Below the pieces are notes generated by a model. That model ran no database searches, was not told where the DNA came from, and saw only the letters and a program-made list of their open reading frames with translations. This document shows positions 11,143 through 21,637 of a stretch of 64,000 bases of DNA, one piece after another (the stretch's first letter is position 1; the number at the start of each line of letters is the position of its first letter). Made by a program: the position numbers and the translations under genes. The stretch comes from Candidatus Aenigmatarchaeota archaeon (GTDB lineage: Archaea > Aenigmatarchaeota > Aenigmatarchaeia > CG10238-14), in NCBI GenBank assembly GCA_030018415.1, contig JASEGC010000001.1, forward strand, positions 323,067 through 387,066, in the 5' to 3' direction.

Positions 11143-12546
11143 ATGAGAATCCTTTTAGTAAATCCTCCAATGAAACAGGGAGAGATTTATTCCAAATATG
11201 CTAAAGGAGCACCTTGCTTTCCACCATTGGGTTTATGTTATATAGCTTCTATGCTAGAAAAAAATCATAATATCAAAATAATTGATGGGGTCACGGAAAA
11301 ATTAACTTTACAACAACTACGGAATGCTATACAAAAATTTGATCCTGATATTGTTGGTATTACCTCGACTACGGTCAGTTTTCTTAGGGCTGTAGATACA
11401 GCAAAAGTGGTAAAATCGGTTGATAAAGATATAATTGTCATATTGGGTGGTCCTCATGTAAGTGCAATTCCAAAAGAAACTTTTGAAAATTATAAATGTT
11501 TTGATATTGGTGTAGTTGGTGAGGGGGAATATACAATGTTAGATTTGTTGCAAGCAATCGAAAAACAACGTAAGCTTAAAACCATAAGGGGAATCGTATT
11601 TAGAAAAAACAGAAAAATAATTATTACACAAGGAAGAGAGTCGATCAAAAACTTGGATGAGTTGCCATTTCCAGCGAGACACTTACTCCCAAACTTTCCA
11701 GATGTATATAATCCACCACACTATGAAAAGAGATTACCAGTAGCACATATGATTACTAGTAGAGGTTGCCCTTATAGATGCATTTTCTGTACTCAAGCTG
11801 TATTTGGAAGAACTTGGCGTGGGAATTCTCCTAAGTATATGCTGCAAGAAGTAACTCATTTAATTGAGAAGTTTAAGATAAAAGATATATTATTTCAAGA
11901 TGATCTCTTTACATTTTCTCAATTAAGGGTTATGGAATTTTGTGATTTACTAATAAATGAAAATATAGATTTAACATGGAGTTGTTCTACCAGAGTTAAT
12001 CTCGTCAACAAATTATTACTAGAGAAGATGTACAAAGCTGGATGTAGGACGATCTATTATGGAATCGAATCTGGCGATCAAAACATTTTAAATTTTATGA
12101 ATAAAGGTATTACCTTGAAACATGTTATTAAGGTCATAAATTTGACTAAATTATCTGGAATAGAATCTTATGGTTCATTTATATTAGGTTTTCCAACAGA
12201 AACTCCAGAAACCATAGAGAAAACTATAGAATTTGCACTAAAACTTCCCCTAGATGCAGTAAGCTTTCATATAACCGTTCCTTACCCAGGCACAGTATTA
12301 AGTCAGATTGCCAATCAATATGGTACTACATGCAGACCAGATGATTGGAGTCGATATAGAGGACACCCAGATGATCTTGTTTTTATTGCACATGGCTTAA
12401 CTGATAAATTTCTAATTAAAAAACAAAAAGAGGCGTATAGAAGATTTTATTTTAGATTTCCAATGATTCTCAGAAAACTTAAAGAGATTGATAGTTTAGG
12501 AAAGGTCAAGTTATATATTAACGGATTTTTGTCACTCATTTCATAA
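11143..12546 (+). CDS. B12-binding radical SAM protein
   Basis: PPLGLCYIAS, GGPH and GEGE motifs; SRGCPYRCIFC (CX3CX2C). Confidence 0.92.
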   Translation: MRILLVNPPMKQGEIYSKYAKGAPCFPPLGLCYIASMLEKNHNIKIIDGVTEKLTLQQLRNAIQKFDPDIVGITSTTVSFLRAVDTAKVVKSVDKDIIVILGGPHVSAIPKETFENYKCFDIGVVGEGEYTMLDLLQAIEKQRKLKTIRGIVFRKNRKIIITQGRESIKNLDELPFPARHLLPNFPDVYNPPHYEKRLPVAHMITSRGCPYRCIFCTQAVFGRTWRGNSPKYMLQEVTHLIEKFKIKDILFQDDLFTFSQLRVMEFCDLLINENIDLTWSCSTRVNLVNKLLLEKMYKAGCRTIYYGIESGDQNILNFMNKGITLKHVIKVINLTKLSGIESYGSFILGFPTETPETIEKTIEFALKLPLDAVSFHITVPYPGTVLSQIANQYGTTCRPDDWSRYRGHPDDLVFIAHGLTDKFLIKKQKEAYRRFYFRFPMILRKLKEIDSLGKVKLYINGFLSLIS

Positions 12547-12549
12547 TAT

Positions 12550-13350
12550 GTGATTTTAATGAGCAGCATTTTCAAGAAAACCGTTGAAAGTTTTGGGTAC
12601 GAATGGCAAAAATTTCCAATACTATATCCAGTATACGAAAGTGAGTTTTTAGAATGGATAAAACCGATCAAACAAGATTTCTTCAAAGATAAACTGGTTC
12701 TTGATGCTGGATGTGGAGGGGGTAGACATAGTTATTTTGCTGCAAAATACGGAACAAAAAAAGTTATAGCCATGGATATAAGCAAGGGCGCTATAAAAGC
12801 GGCCTATAAACTTCTTAAAAATTTTAAAAATGTTAATGTAATTTGTGGTAATATTTGTAATCCACCGTTCAAACAAAAGTTTGATTTTATATATTCCATT
12901 GGTGTGTTACATCACCTTCCAGACCCAGAAAAAGGATTTAAAAACTTGGTTAAATTATTAAAACCAAACGCTACGATTTTTATTTGGGTATATGGTAAAG
13001 AAAACAATTTCGTTTTTGTGAATATGATCGATCCTATAAGAAGGTACCTTACTTCAAGATTACCTCCTAACATACAATACATAATTAGTTTTTTCCTAGG
13101 TGGTTTACTACATCTCACCACAAAAATATACAATATACTTAAGTTCTTACCTTACAGAGACTACTTCTTAAGTATCTCTAGTCACCCATTCAAGTTTAAG
13201 CATTTGACTAGCTTTGATTTCATTTCTGCGCCATCAGTTAAGTTTGTACGGAAAAATGAAATAAGAAAATGGTTTGATGATGCCAATTTTAAAAACATTA
13301 GTATTTTATGGCGTAATCGAAATAGTTGGAAAGGAATTGGTACTAAATAA
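12550..13350 (+). CDS. Class I SAM-dependent methyltransferase
   Basis: VLDAGCGGGRH and SIGVLHHLPDP motifs. Confidence 0.88.
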   Translation: MILMSSIFKKTVESFGYEWQKFPILYPVYESEFLEWIKPIKQDFFKDKLVLDAGCGGGRHSYFAAKYGTKKVIAMDISKGAIKAAYKLLKNFKNVNVICGNICNPPFKQKFDFIYSIGVLHHLPDPEKGFKNLVKLLKPNATIFIWVYGKENNFVFVNMIDPIRRYLTSRLPPNIQYIISFFLGGLLHLTTKIYNILKFLPYRDYFLSISSHPFKFKHLTSFDFISAPSVKFVRKNEIRKWFDDANFKNISILWRNRNSWKGIGTK

Positions 13351-13364
13351 AAAAGGTGTTAAAA

Positions 13365-15275
13365 TTGTGTGGTATCTGTGGAATTGTGGGGTTTGATGAT
13401 AGAACCTTACTTAAAAGAATGTGTAATGTTATTTACCATCGTGGTCCAGACGATTCTGGAATCTTTTTGGATAGAAATATTTGTATGGGCGCTCAATCTT
13501 TGTTTCTAACAAGAAAGATACGTCAGCCAATACGTAACGAAGATGGGTCTTTATGGTTAGTATGCGATGGTACCATTTACAATTTTCAAGAGCTAGTGCG
13601 ATACCTTGAGAGTAGAGGTCATGAGTTTTATACAAACTCCGATATCGAAGTAATTGTGCACCTCTATGAAGAGTTTGGTAATTTTTGTGTCAAAAAAATC
13701 AGGGGAACCTTCGCTTTTGGTATTTGGGATGGAACAAAAAAGAAGCTTTTTTTGGCAAGGGACAGGATAGGAGTAAAGCCATTGTATTACGTAATAATAG
13801 GTAATAATTTTTTGTTCGCTTCAGAAATCAAGTCTCTGTTACAATACGATGAGATAAAGAGAGAAATTGATACGCGAGCACTTCATTATTTTCTAACTTT
13901 TCGTTATGTACCTGGACCTAGAACAATGTTTAAAGGAATTAAGAAATTACAACCTGGCCATAATTTAACTTATAAAAAAGGAAAAGTTAAGATCTCTAAA
14001 TATTGGGATTTGAGCTATTCTCCAATCAAAGAATCGGAAAAATATTACATAGAAAGATTACAAGAACTAATTAAAGAATCTATAGAAATTAGGTTGAGAA
14101 ATGTACCCATAGCTGTTTACTTATCTGGTGGTCTTGATTCTAGTTACGTTACTGGAGTTATAAGCAATTTGGTAGATGAGCCAATAAAAACTTTTAGCGT
14201 CGGCTTTGGAGTCGAAAGGTTCGATGAACTTAAATATGCTAAAGTAATTGCCAATCATTTTAATACAGATCATCATGAGTTTATTATTGAATCAGATGCC
14301 GCAAGGCTTCTTCCAGAAATAATATGGCGTTTTGATGAGCCAATAGCAGATCCAGCGGCGATACCAACGTATTTCATTTCGAAAGAGGCTAAAAATCATG
14401 CAAAGATAATTTTTGGAGCTGAGGGTGGTGATGAGTTGTTTGGTGGCTATGAGCATTGGAAGATTATGCTAATGAGCAGAAAATATTTGAAATTTGTTCC
14501 AAAGGAGGCAATTTTTTGGTTCGCTAATAAGTTACCAAAGTTCTTATTAGATAAATTTTTTATGTACAGTTCTGTTTTAGGGGAAGAAGGGATGAGAAGA
14601 TTTTCAGATTACTTGCTTTCTATGAGCAATATAGGGAAAAGTTATCTTTCAATAATTTCAATTTTTGACGAAAAAGAAAGGAACGAACTTTGTATAAATA
14701 AAACAGGTTTTAAGATAGCCAAAAATCTTAACGACAATTACTTTAAAAATATAGATTCAAACAATCTTTTAAATCACCTGAGTTTATTCGAAATAAAAAC
14801 ACAGATGCCAGACGACCTTGCTATGAAATGGGATAAAATGTTGATGACATTTTCCTTAGAACCAGAACTACCTCTTTTAGATCATAAGCTTATGGAATTT
14901 TCTGCAACAATACCATCTTCTTTTAAGATAAGAGGATTAACAGAAAAATATATATTTCGAAAATTGATGTCTTCCTTTATTCCAAAGGAAATAGTAAAGA
15001 GGAAGAAACAAAGGTTCTTTGTTCCTATAGATTCTTGGATTGAAAAAGATTTATGGGATATAATTTGCCAGATCTTTTCTGAGCAAAATGTTCGCAGTAG
15101 GGGGTACTTTAAATGGAACTATATTTCTCATATTTTCCAAAATTTTGGAAAGTCAAAGTTGTATTATAGTCGTCAACTCTGGAATTTGTTAACTTTCGAA
15201 TTATGGCATAGAATTTTTATAGACAGTGATAATTTACGTAGACCACAATCTATACTTAAAAGGGCATTATTATGA
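13365..15275 (+). CDS. AsnB-like amidotransferase (glycan-associated)
   Basis: TTG start giving N-terminal CGICG; HRGPD, ARDRIGVKPLY, LSGGLDSS and GGDELFGGY motifs. Confidence 0.9.
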   Translation: MCGICGIVGFDDRTLLKRMCNVIYHRGPDDSGIFLDRNICMGAQSLFLTRKIRQPIRNEDGSLWLVCDGTIYNFQELVRYLESRGHEFYTNSDIEVIVHLYEEFGNFCVKKIRGTFAFGIWDGTKKKLFLARDRIGVKPLYYVIIGNNFLFASEIKSLLQYDEIKREIDTRALHYFLTFRYVPGPRTMFKGIKKLQPGHNLTYKKGKVKISKYWDLSYSPIKESEKYYIERLQELIKESIEIRLRNVPIAVYLSGGLDSSYVTGVISNLVDEPIKTFSVGFGVERFDELKYAKVIANHFNTDHHEFIIESDAARLLPEIIWRFDEPIADPAAIPTYFISKEAKNHAKIIFGAEGGDELFGGYEHWKIMLMSRKYLKFVPKEAIFWFANKLPKFLLDKFFMYSSVLGEEGMRRFSDYLLSMSNIGKSYLSIISIFDEKERNELCINKTGFKIAKNLNDNYFKNIDSNNLLNHLSLFEIKTQMPDDLAMKWDKMLMTFSLEPELPLLDHKLMEFSATIPSSFKIRGLTEKYIFRKLMSSFIPKEIVKRKKQRFFVPIDSWIEKDLWDIICQIFSEQNVRSRGYFKWNYISHIFQNFGKSKLYYSRQLWNLLTFELWHRIFIDSDNLRRPQSILKRALL

Positions 15276-16882
15276 TAAGAGTACTTTTTTTCATGATATT
15301 ACTCATAGGACTATTATTTTTGTTCGTTACGTTTGCTGTTAATTTTTTCTATCTTAATAGATCGATTTTTTTCTTAGGTTTTATTGTTATACTCCTATTT
15401 ACTACTTGGTTTGTTGAAGGACTACCAAAAACTAAATTCCCCAAAATTAACAACAGAGTACTATATTTTCTGTTATTTTTGTTCATTCTCACATTTTTTC
15501 ATAGTACTTTAGTTAATGTTAGCATCAGTTCAGATTTTCATGGCGATTCATTACCATTTTCTGTATATCTTTTTGAACATGGAAAAATGCCAAGTTTTGA
15601 ATATTTTATAAATTATGATGGTGGTGCATTAGTTGCACATTCTTCTAACCCTTTCTGTACATTTTTTCCAACAGTTGGTCATTTTCTACTAGGAAAAATT
15701 AGTATGAAACCTTACTTATTTGCAGATTTCCTTATCTTCCTTTTAACAACTTTGCTTCTACTATTCTTCTTACGAGACTTAAAAGAAAACTATTTCTTAG
15801 GTATAATATTATTTTTTTCTGTTCCACAAGTAGTTTTTAATTCTTTCTGGTCTTCTTGTGATTCTTCTGTGATGTTGTTTGCTTTAGCCTCTTTTTATTC
15901 GTTCTTCCTTTATTCTAAAATCAAAAATAAAAAATTGTTAATAATTACCTCATTATTTCTAACATTTACAGCTATGTCAAGATATTGGGGAATAATCTTA
16001 CTTTTACCGTTTTTCATTTATTTTCTTTTTAATAAGAAGTGGAGACAAATGATTACAATTTTAATGATGCCTATAATTATAACCTCCCTTTGGTTACTTA
16101 GAAATTATCTGGAATATAAAAATCCGATATATCCTCTCTTTCCCAAAATTTTTGATGGAAAGATGGTCGAAGGTATGAAAGAATATCTTGAACCTAGAAC
16201 CCCGACACTTGAATTATATAAAATATGGACTATCGGCTCTTTCAAAAGGTTCTGGTTAACATTTCCACTACTATTTTTTTTCTCCACTTTTGCTTGGGAT
16301 CTCAAAGATCCTATAAAATTCATAGCATCAACATTTGTAGTTTTGTATATTTTTGCTTGGTTAGTACAGGGTTTACCATCTATTTTAGGAACCATATTTC
16401 CATTATTAAACGTAGGGCTTATGTATACTGGTTTAGGTTCAAAATATTTTGTGGTGATTATTCCTTTCTTGATTATTTTATCTATAAAAAAATTTGCAAA
16501 ATTTTACACAAAATTAAACAAGTATACGAAAACTCTTTTTCTTGTTTTAATTTTCTCAATTTCGTTTATCTTTCTAATAAGAGGGAAAGGAAACAGTATT
16601 GACAGTTCAATTTACTTATATCAGAATTTCAGTAAACCATATAAAGAATTGTGGGAAGCTTTGCTTAAAGTTGATATAGAACAACTTAAAACTTTTGAAG
16701 CGCTTTATTCTTCAAACTGCTCATTAATACTTACAGATGAAACGTCGAGGGCTAGAGATTTGTCACAGGTAATAAATTCTGGGAAAGAACTAAGATACAT
16801 TTCAACATGGTCTGAAGATGTAAAAACAAAAGAAAAAGCAGATTGTTTGTTAATAAATCACAGCTTTACAAAAATTAAGTAA
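15272..16882 (+). CDS. GT-C fold membrane glycosyltransferase-like protein
   Basis: Multi-TM protein with WLLRNYLEYKNPIYP motif typical of archaeal PMT-like proteins. Confidence 0.65.
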   Translation: MIRVLFFMILLIGLLFLFVTFAVNFFYLNRSIFFLGFIVILLFTTWFVEGLPKTKFPKINNRVLYFLLFLFILTFFHSTLVNVSISSDFHGDSLPFSVYLFEHGKMPSFEYFINYDGGALVAHSSNPFCTFFPTVGHFLLGKISMKPYLFADFLIFLLTTLLLLFFLRDLKENYFLGIILFFSVPQVVFNSFWSSCDSSVMLFALASFYSFFLYSKIKNKKLLIITSLFLTFTAMSRYWGIILLLPFFIYFLFNKKWRQMITILMMPIIITSLWLLRNYLEYKNPIYPLFPKIFDGKMVEGMKEYLEPRTPTLELYKIWTIGSFKRFWLTFPLLFFFSTFAWDLKDPIKFIASTFVVLYIFAWLVQGLPSILGTIFPLLNVGLMYTGLGSKYFVVIIPFLIILSIKKFAKFYTKLNKYTKTLFLVLIFSISFIFLIRGKGNSIDSSIYLYQNFSKPYKELWEALLKVDIEQLKTFEALYSSNCSLILTDETSRARDLSQVINSGKELRYISTWSEDVKTKEKADCLLINHSFTKIK

Positions 16883-16921
16883 CGCTGAAAGTTTTATTTT
16901 TACTGTATAAGATTAAATTAT

Positions 16922-18805
16922 TTGATTAAAGAAATTGAGTATATGGAAATTAGAAAACCACTTCTCATACTTATAGCAATAATTTCATTTTCTTTAGTTT
17001 CTTTTCTTAAACTTTTATCTGGCTTACCAAATGCCATCGATACAGGTGCGCATTTATTTCGTTTAATTTATCTCAAGAAGCACTTGCAAGAAGGTATAGT
17101 TCCTTTGTGGAACGTTGATTGGTATGCTGGTGCACCATTTCTTCTTCTCTATGCACCACTAGCTTATTATTTTTCATCCTTCTGGCCAATAGGCGATTAC
17201 ATTTTTCTCTATAAATTTTTGGAAGTACTATTTGAAACATTTCTCACAGTTTCGGTTTATTTCCTGTCAAAGACTGTTCTTAAGAAAAGAGAATTAGCTT
17301 TGCTTTCTACCTTCTTATTTGTCATCGTACCACAAAACATCTGGAATTTTTCAGTTGTCGACAGATTCCCAACACTATTAGAAGCATTTTTCTTTGTTAG
17401 CAGTTTAATGTTTTTTATAAAATTTCTTTCTTTTCAAAAAAGTAGAGATAAAATAATCTCTGGAATATTTTCTGGTTTGGTTTTTCTCACTCAAGGTTTC
17501 GGCTATCTCTTAATGCTAATTATTTTGGTATTCTTCAAAATTATTGCTTGGAAAAAATGTAAAGTAAAGGATTTGTTTGTAATTATTCTCATCTCCTTCT
17601 TAGTAGCTTCACCATGGCTAATTCTAAGTGCAGGTAGTTTCATTTACTATCTTCAAAATCCCTATGAAATGGTTTGGATGGTCAGAAAATTTATAGATGT
17701 ACCCAGAATGGGTGCTATCCTTTTTTCATTAGGTTTACCACTTGTAGCATGCTTATTCTTAAAATTTAACTTATTAAAAAGGCTAAGATACTCCATAGCG
17801 ATTTGTTTAATTCTATTATCTCTACTTGTGTTTTTCGTTCAAATACCCTTAAAGTACAATATTACTAAACCAATAATCTCTGCTATACTTATACTCACTG
17901 CAATAGTTGTGATTACTACAAATAGAAACATCTACAAGTTCAACGAACTTTTAAAGTACTTATTTTATTTAACAATCTTTCTAGTAATTTTATCATCCTC
18001 ACTATTTCTATATTCTTTCACCTTTTTATCCTTCTTAGACCCTTATAGAGTAGCTTTTTATGCTTCAATTCCATTAGCAATAATTTCTGCTTTCATTCTT
18101 CAAAAAAATAGAGTTGGACTGACTCTTTCTATAGTAGCAATTCTAGTAGTTTCTTTGACATTCCTTTCAACTCGATACACAAAAATGTTACACATAGATG
18201 AAAATCTCATTGCTACATTAAAAAATTCGCCAGAAGAAGGAAGGCTATTAATGATCGAGCCAGAATTATGGATGCATATAGTACCAGCTTTGACAAACAA
18301 GCCTTCTATAGATGGTTTTTCTCCTTTTGAGAGATTTTTACCATATTTTAGAAACTTAGGTTTTTCTAATAACTTTGGTCTTTGGTTCGAAGGCACAACT
18401 TTAGAACAAAAGCAAGAAGTTTATAATCAAATCTTTTTAAACGTTTCTAAGTTCGCTATAAAGTACATAATTATTGCTGACAATTCTCCAATTAAACTTT
18501 CAGAATACCTAGAGTTTGAGACGATATATAATCAAAACGGGTGGAAAATTTTGAAATTAAAGCAACCAATCAGTTTTATAGAAAATGGCACTCTAACTAA
18601 GATAAGTCCAAATGAATTACTAATCTATCCTCAAGGTGACACACTTCTTCTAAAACAAACCTATTTTCCAGGTTGGCAAACTAGCTGTGGAAAAATTAAA
18701 AAATCTGTAGATGGTTTAACTATAATTGAAAATAAAAACTGTGAAAAAATAGTCTTAAAGTATAATCCTTTATCAGCTTTACCACAGCTATCGTTTAAAT
18801 CTTAA
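16922..18805 (+). CDS. Multi-TM GT-C-like protein (PTPS-related/YfhO-like)
   Basis: DTGAHL and PLWNVDWYAGAPFLLLYAPL motifs; C-terminal TYFPGW; probable start 16943. Confidence 0.7.
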   Translation: MIKEIEYMEIRKPLLILIAIISFSLVSFLKLLSGLPNAIDTGAHLFRLIYLKKHLQEGIVPLWNVDWYAGAPFLLLYAPLAYYFSSFWPIGDYIFLYKFLEVLFETFLTVSVYFLSKTVLKKRELALLSTFLFVIVPQNIWNFSVVDRFPTLLEAFFFVSSLMFFIKFLSFQKSRDKIISGIFSGLVFLTQGFGYLLMLIILVFFKIIAWKKCKVKDLFVIILISFLVASPWLILSAGSFIYYLQNPYEMVWMVRKFIDVPRMGAILFSLGLPLVACLFLKFNLLKRLRYSIAICLILLSLLVFFVQIPLKYNITKPIISAILILTAIVVITTNRNIYKFNELLKYLFYLTIFLVILSSSLFLYSFTFLSFLDPYRVAFYASIPLAIISAFILQKNRVGLTLSIVAILVVSLTFLSTRYTKMLHIDENLIATLKNSPEEGRLLMIEPELWMHIVPALTNKPSIDGFSPFERFLPYFRNLGFSNNFGLWFEGTTLEQKQEVYNQIFLNVSKFAIKYIIIADNSPIKLSEYLEFETIYNQNGWKILKLKQPISFIENGTLTKISPNELLIYPQGDTLLLKQTYFPGWQTSCGKIKKSVDGLTIIENKNCEKIVLKYNPLSALPQLSFKS

Positions 18806-18823
18806 AATTTAAATATTGATAGG

Positions 18824-19525
18824 ATGTACAAAGGATTAAAAGTTTCAGTAGTCATACCAGCTTATAACGAAGAAGAAAGTATTTTCAAAACTGTAAAAGA
18901 TTTTTCTCAGCCATGTGTAGATGAGATAATAGTTGTTGATAATAATTGTACGGATAAAACCCCAGAATTAGCAAGGAAAGCCGGTGCAAAGGTAATTAAG
19001 CAACCATTACAAGGTTATGGTTTTGCTATTAGGAAAGGTTTAGAAAAAGCTAAAGGGGATGTGATAATAATCACAGAAGCAGACCAAACTTTTATTGGTA
19101 AAGATGTTTACAAGCTTTTGGCCTATATAGAAGATGCCGACATGGTTTTGGGTACAAGAACTTGTTTACAACTAGTTTCTAAAGATGCAAATATGGGTAG
19201 ATTTTTCCTATGGGGCAACATTTTCATTGCCAAATTAATTCAATTTTTCTATGGAAATGTTCGCCTAACCGATGTTGGTTGTACGATGCGTGCAATAAGA
19301 AAAAAAGCTTTAAAGAAAATTATAAAAAAATTTTTAGTTGGTGGAAGTCATTTTTCACCAGAAATGATAATCGAGGCTTTAAAGGCAAATTTAAAAATTG
19401 TAGAAGTTCCTTTGAATTACAGAAAAAGGATTGGGATTGGGAAAATTACTTCTTCTGGAAAATGGCGAGCATTTAAAGTTGGGTTGAGGATGATTTGGTT
19501 GATTTTCCAAAAAAGATTTTCATAA
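18824..19525 (+). CDS. GT2 dolichol-phosphate glycosyltransferase-like
   Basis: VVIPAYNEE, VDNNCTD, QGYG and EADQT motifs. Confidence 0.88.
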   Translation: MYKGLKVSVVIPAYNEEESIFKTVKDFSQPCVDEIIVVDNNCTDKTPELARKAGAKVIKQPLQGYGFAIRKGLEKAKGDVIIITEADQTFIGKDVYKLLAYIEDADMVLGTRTCLQLVSKDANMGRFFLWGNIFIAKLIQFFYGNVRLTDVGCTMRAIRKKALKKIIKKFLVGGSHFSPEMIIEALKANLKIVEVPLNYRKRIGIGKITSSGKWRAFKVGLRMIWLIFQKRFS

Positions 19526-19538
19526 GAAGAATGATATT

Positions 19539-21053
19539 ATGTCTTCAATAAAAAGAATGGTTTCAAACACATTCTACTTATTTCTAAACTTATTCTCTTC
19601 CACACTTCTAAGCATACTTTACTTCATTATTGCAGGAAAATTACTTACACCTTCTGAATACGGCATAGCAAACTCAACCATCCAGTTCGTAGCTCTAATA
19701 ACTGCCTTTTCAACGATCGGGATGACGAACGCGACATTAAAATTAGTTTCAGAATATTTTGCGACGAAAAAAATGAAAAAACTCTATGGCTCTGTCAAAT
19801 ATTGTCTAAAATTTCTTCTCGTAGCGAATATACCAATATCAGTTTTTATCTTCATATTCTCTCCAACCCTAGCCACGTATATTTTTAAAGACCCAAATCT
19901 TGCCCCACCTTTTAGAATATCTGCGTTCATGATCATGGTTTTAACTCTGAGCTCGTACTTTGGTTCAGTCATATACGGACTAGGAAAAGTAAAAATTTAC
20001 TTTTTAACAGATTTTTTGGCAAATGCTACGAAAGTACTATTAGCTGTGATTTTGATAGTATTTCTCAAATTAGGGTTCTGGGGACCTATCATCGGTTATT
20101 TTCTCGGATTAACTTTCTCGACTGTCATGAGGTTTAAAAAAATGGGAATAGAGGATGATGGTGAACCGGATAAAAAAGTTATATGGCAATATGCGCTTCC
20201 TGCCCTAATAACAACAATTTTTGGGACAATACTGACCACAACGCCAGTACTAATCCTTTCTTCTTTTTCTTCGACTACTGAAGCAGGAGTTTTTTCTTTA
20301 GTTAACGCTCTCGCTTCTTTACTCATGTTCATGCCGAACGTTCTCTACACAGCAAGTTTTCCAATATTCTCGGGTATGCACGGGAAGAAAGATCGTTCGG
20401 GGATCGAGAAACTTCTGAATGTAACGTTCAAATATGCTATTCTCATTTCAGTTCCCATATCTTTGGTTTTTATAGTTTTCCCAGAGTTCATGATAAGGCT
20501 GGTTGCAAAGCCTGCTTACCTTCCCGGCGTTACAACGTTATCTGTTCTGGGTATGGTTGGTTTGTTCTGGGGTATAGGAAATATATTACTCAATGCTTTG
20601 TATGCATTAGGCAAACCAAAGATTAACAGGAACATCATGCTAGGAACTTCTATCATTTATCTGATACTCTCTGTTCCTCTATCTATACATTATGCTTCTC
20701 TCGGCATGGCAACAACTTACCTTATAGCCATTTCATTCCTGTTTTTTTCCTCATTCTTTTTCATAAGGAAATTTTACAGGTTACATCTAGATTACAAGTA
20801 TTTAATAAAAATTCTTTCTTCCTCCTTCATCGCTTTGATAATACTGATAACTCTGATGTCTGGAAGCGATTCTGTCTACATGTTTATAATCATTTCTTTA
20901 ATCAGTTTCGCTTTCTACATATTCTTACTCCTCATCTTGAAGACTTTTGATGTGAACGATTTGAAATTCTTGAATGAGTCGAAAAAGATGTCTCCAAAAA
21001 AACTTTTATTCATTTTTGAATTCCTGGAGAAGTTATTAAAGAAGTTTTTGTGA
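19539..21053 (+). CDS. Oligosaccharide flippase (Wzx/MOP family)
   Basis: Highly hydrophobic 504-aa protein with LTPSEYG signature, inside the glycan cluster. Confidence 0.85.
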   Translation: MSSIKRMVSNTFYLFLNLFSSTLLSILYFIIAGKLLTPSEYGIANSTIQFVALITAFSTIGMTNATLKLVSEYFATKKMKKLYGSVKYCLKFLLVANIPISVFIFIFSPTLATYIFKDPNLAPPFRISAFMIMVLTLSSYFGSVIYGLGKVKIYFLTDFLANATKVLLAVILIVFLKLGFWGPIIGYFLGLTFSTVMRFKKMGIEDDGEPDKKVIWQYALPALITTIFGTILTTTPVLILSSFSSTTEAGVFSLVNALASLLMFMPNVLYTASFPIFSGMHGKKDRSGIEKLLNVTFKYAILISVPISLVFIVFPEFMIRLVAKPAYLPGVTTLSVLGMVGLFWGIGNILLNALYALGKPKINRNIMLGTSIIYLILSVPLSIHYASLGMATTYLIAISFLFFSSFFFIRKFYRLHLDYKYLIKILSSSFIALIILITLMSGSDSVYMFIIISLISFAFYIFLLLILKTFDVNDLKFLNESKKMSPKKLLFIFEFLEKLLKKFL

Positions 21054-21057
21054 TCGT

Positions 21058-21625
21058 GTGAAAAAACATGTTCACAGCAAAAAATACGAGAATTTTATCA
21101 AAGGTTTATTGTTGTCTCCGAGCGTTAACTTGGGATGCGGAAGTTTCAAGATAGCAGACGTGAACATAGATGTCGAGGGAACAGTTAGTCCAGATATAAT
21201 ATGGGACTTAAACAAATTTCCATATCCTTTCAGAGAGAAAGTGTACAAAAGTGTTTTGTTGCATCACTCGTTAGAGCACTTAGAGAATCCATATAAAGTT
21301 TTGAGTGAATGTGTTAGAATACTTCAGGACGACGGCAGGATAATAATCGTCGTTCCAAGTCCACAAAATCCAAGATACAGAATGGAAAACCATAAACAAT
21401 TTTTCACCAGGAATTCCCTTAAAAATTTAGTTTCAAAATATTTTTCGAATGTACCATAAACAATTTTTCACCAGGAATTCCCTTAAAAATTTAGTTTCAA
21501 AATATTTTTCGAATGTAAGAGTTTTTGGTTACAGAGGAGACACAAAAAATTTTCCAATAATAATCTGTAAACTCTTAGGAATATTCGTGCCAAATCAATT
21601 TATATGTATCGCTTCAAAAACTTGA
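21058..21625 (+). pseudogene. SAM methyltransferase truncated by a 64-bp tandem duplication
   Basis: NLGCG and HSLEHL motifs; removing one repeat unit restores a 167-aa frame ending at TGA 21625. Confidence 0.75.
21389..21516. repeat. Perfect 64-bp tandem duplication
   Basis: ACCATAAACAATTTTTC...TTTTCGAATGT at 21389-21452 and 21453-21516. Confidence 0.92.
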
Positions 21626-21637
21626 TAAAGTGATGAA

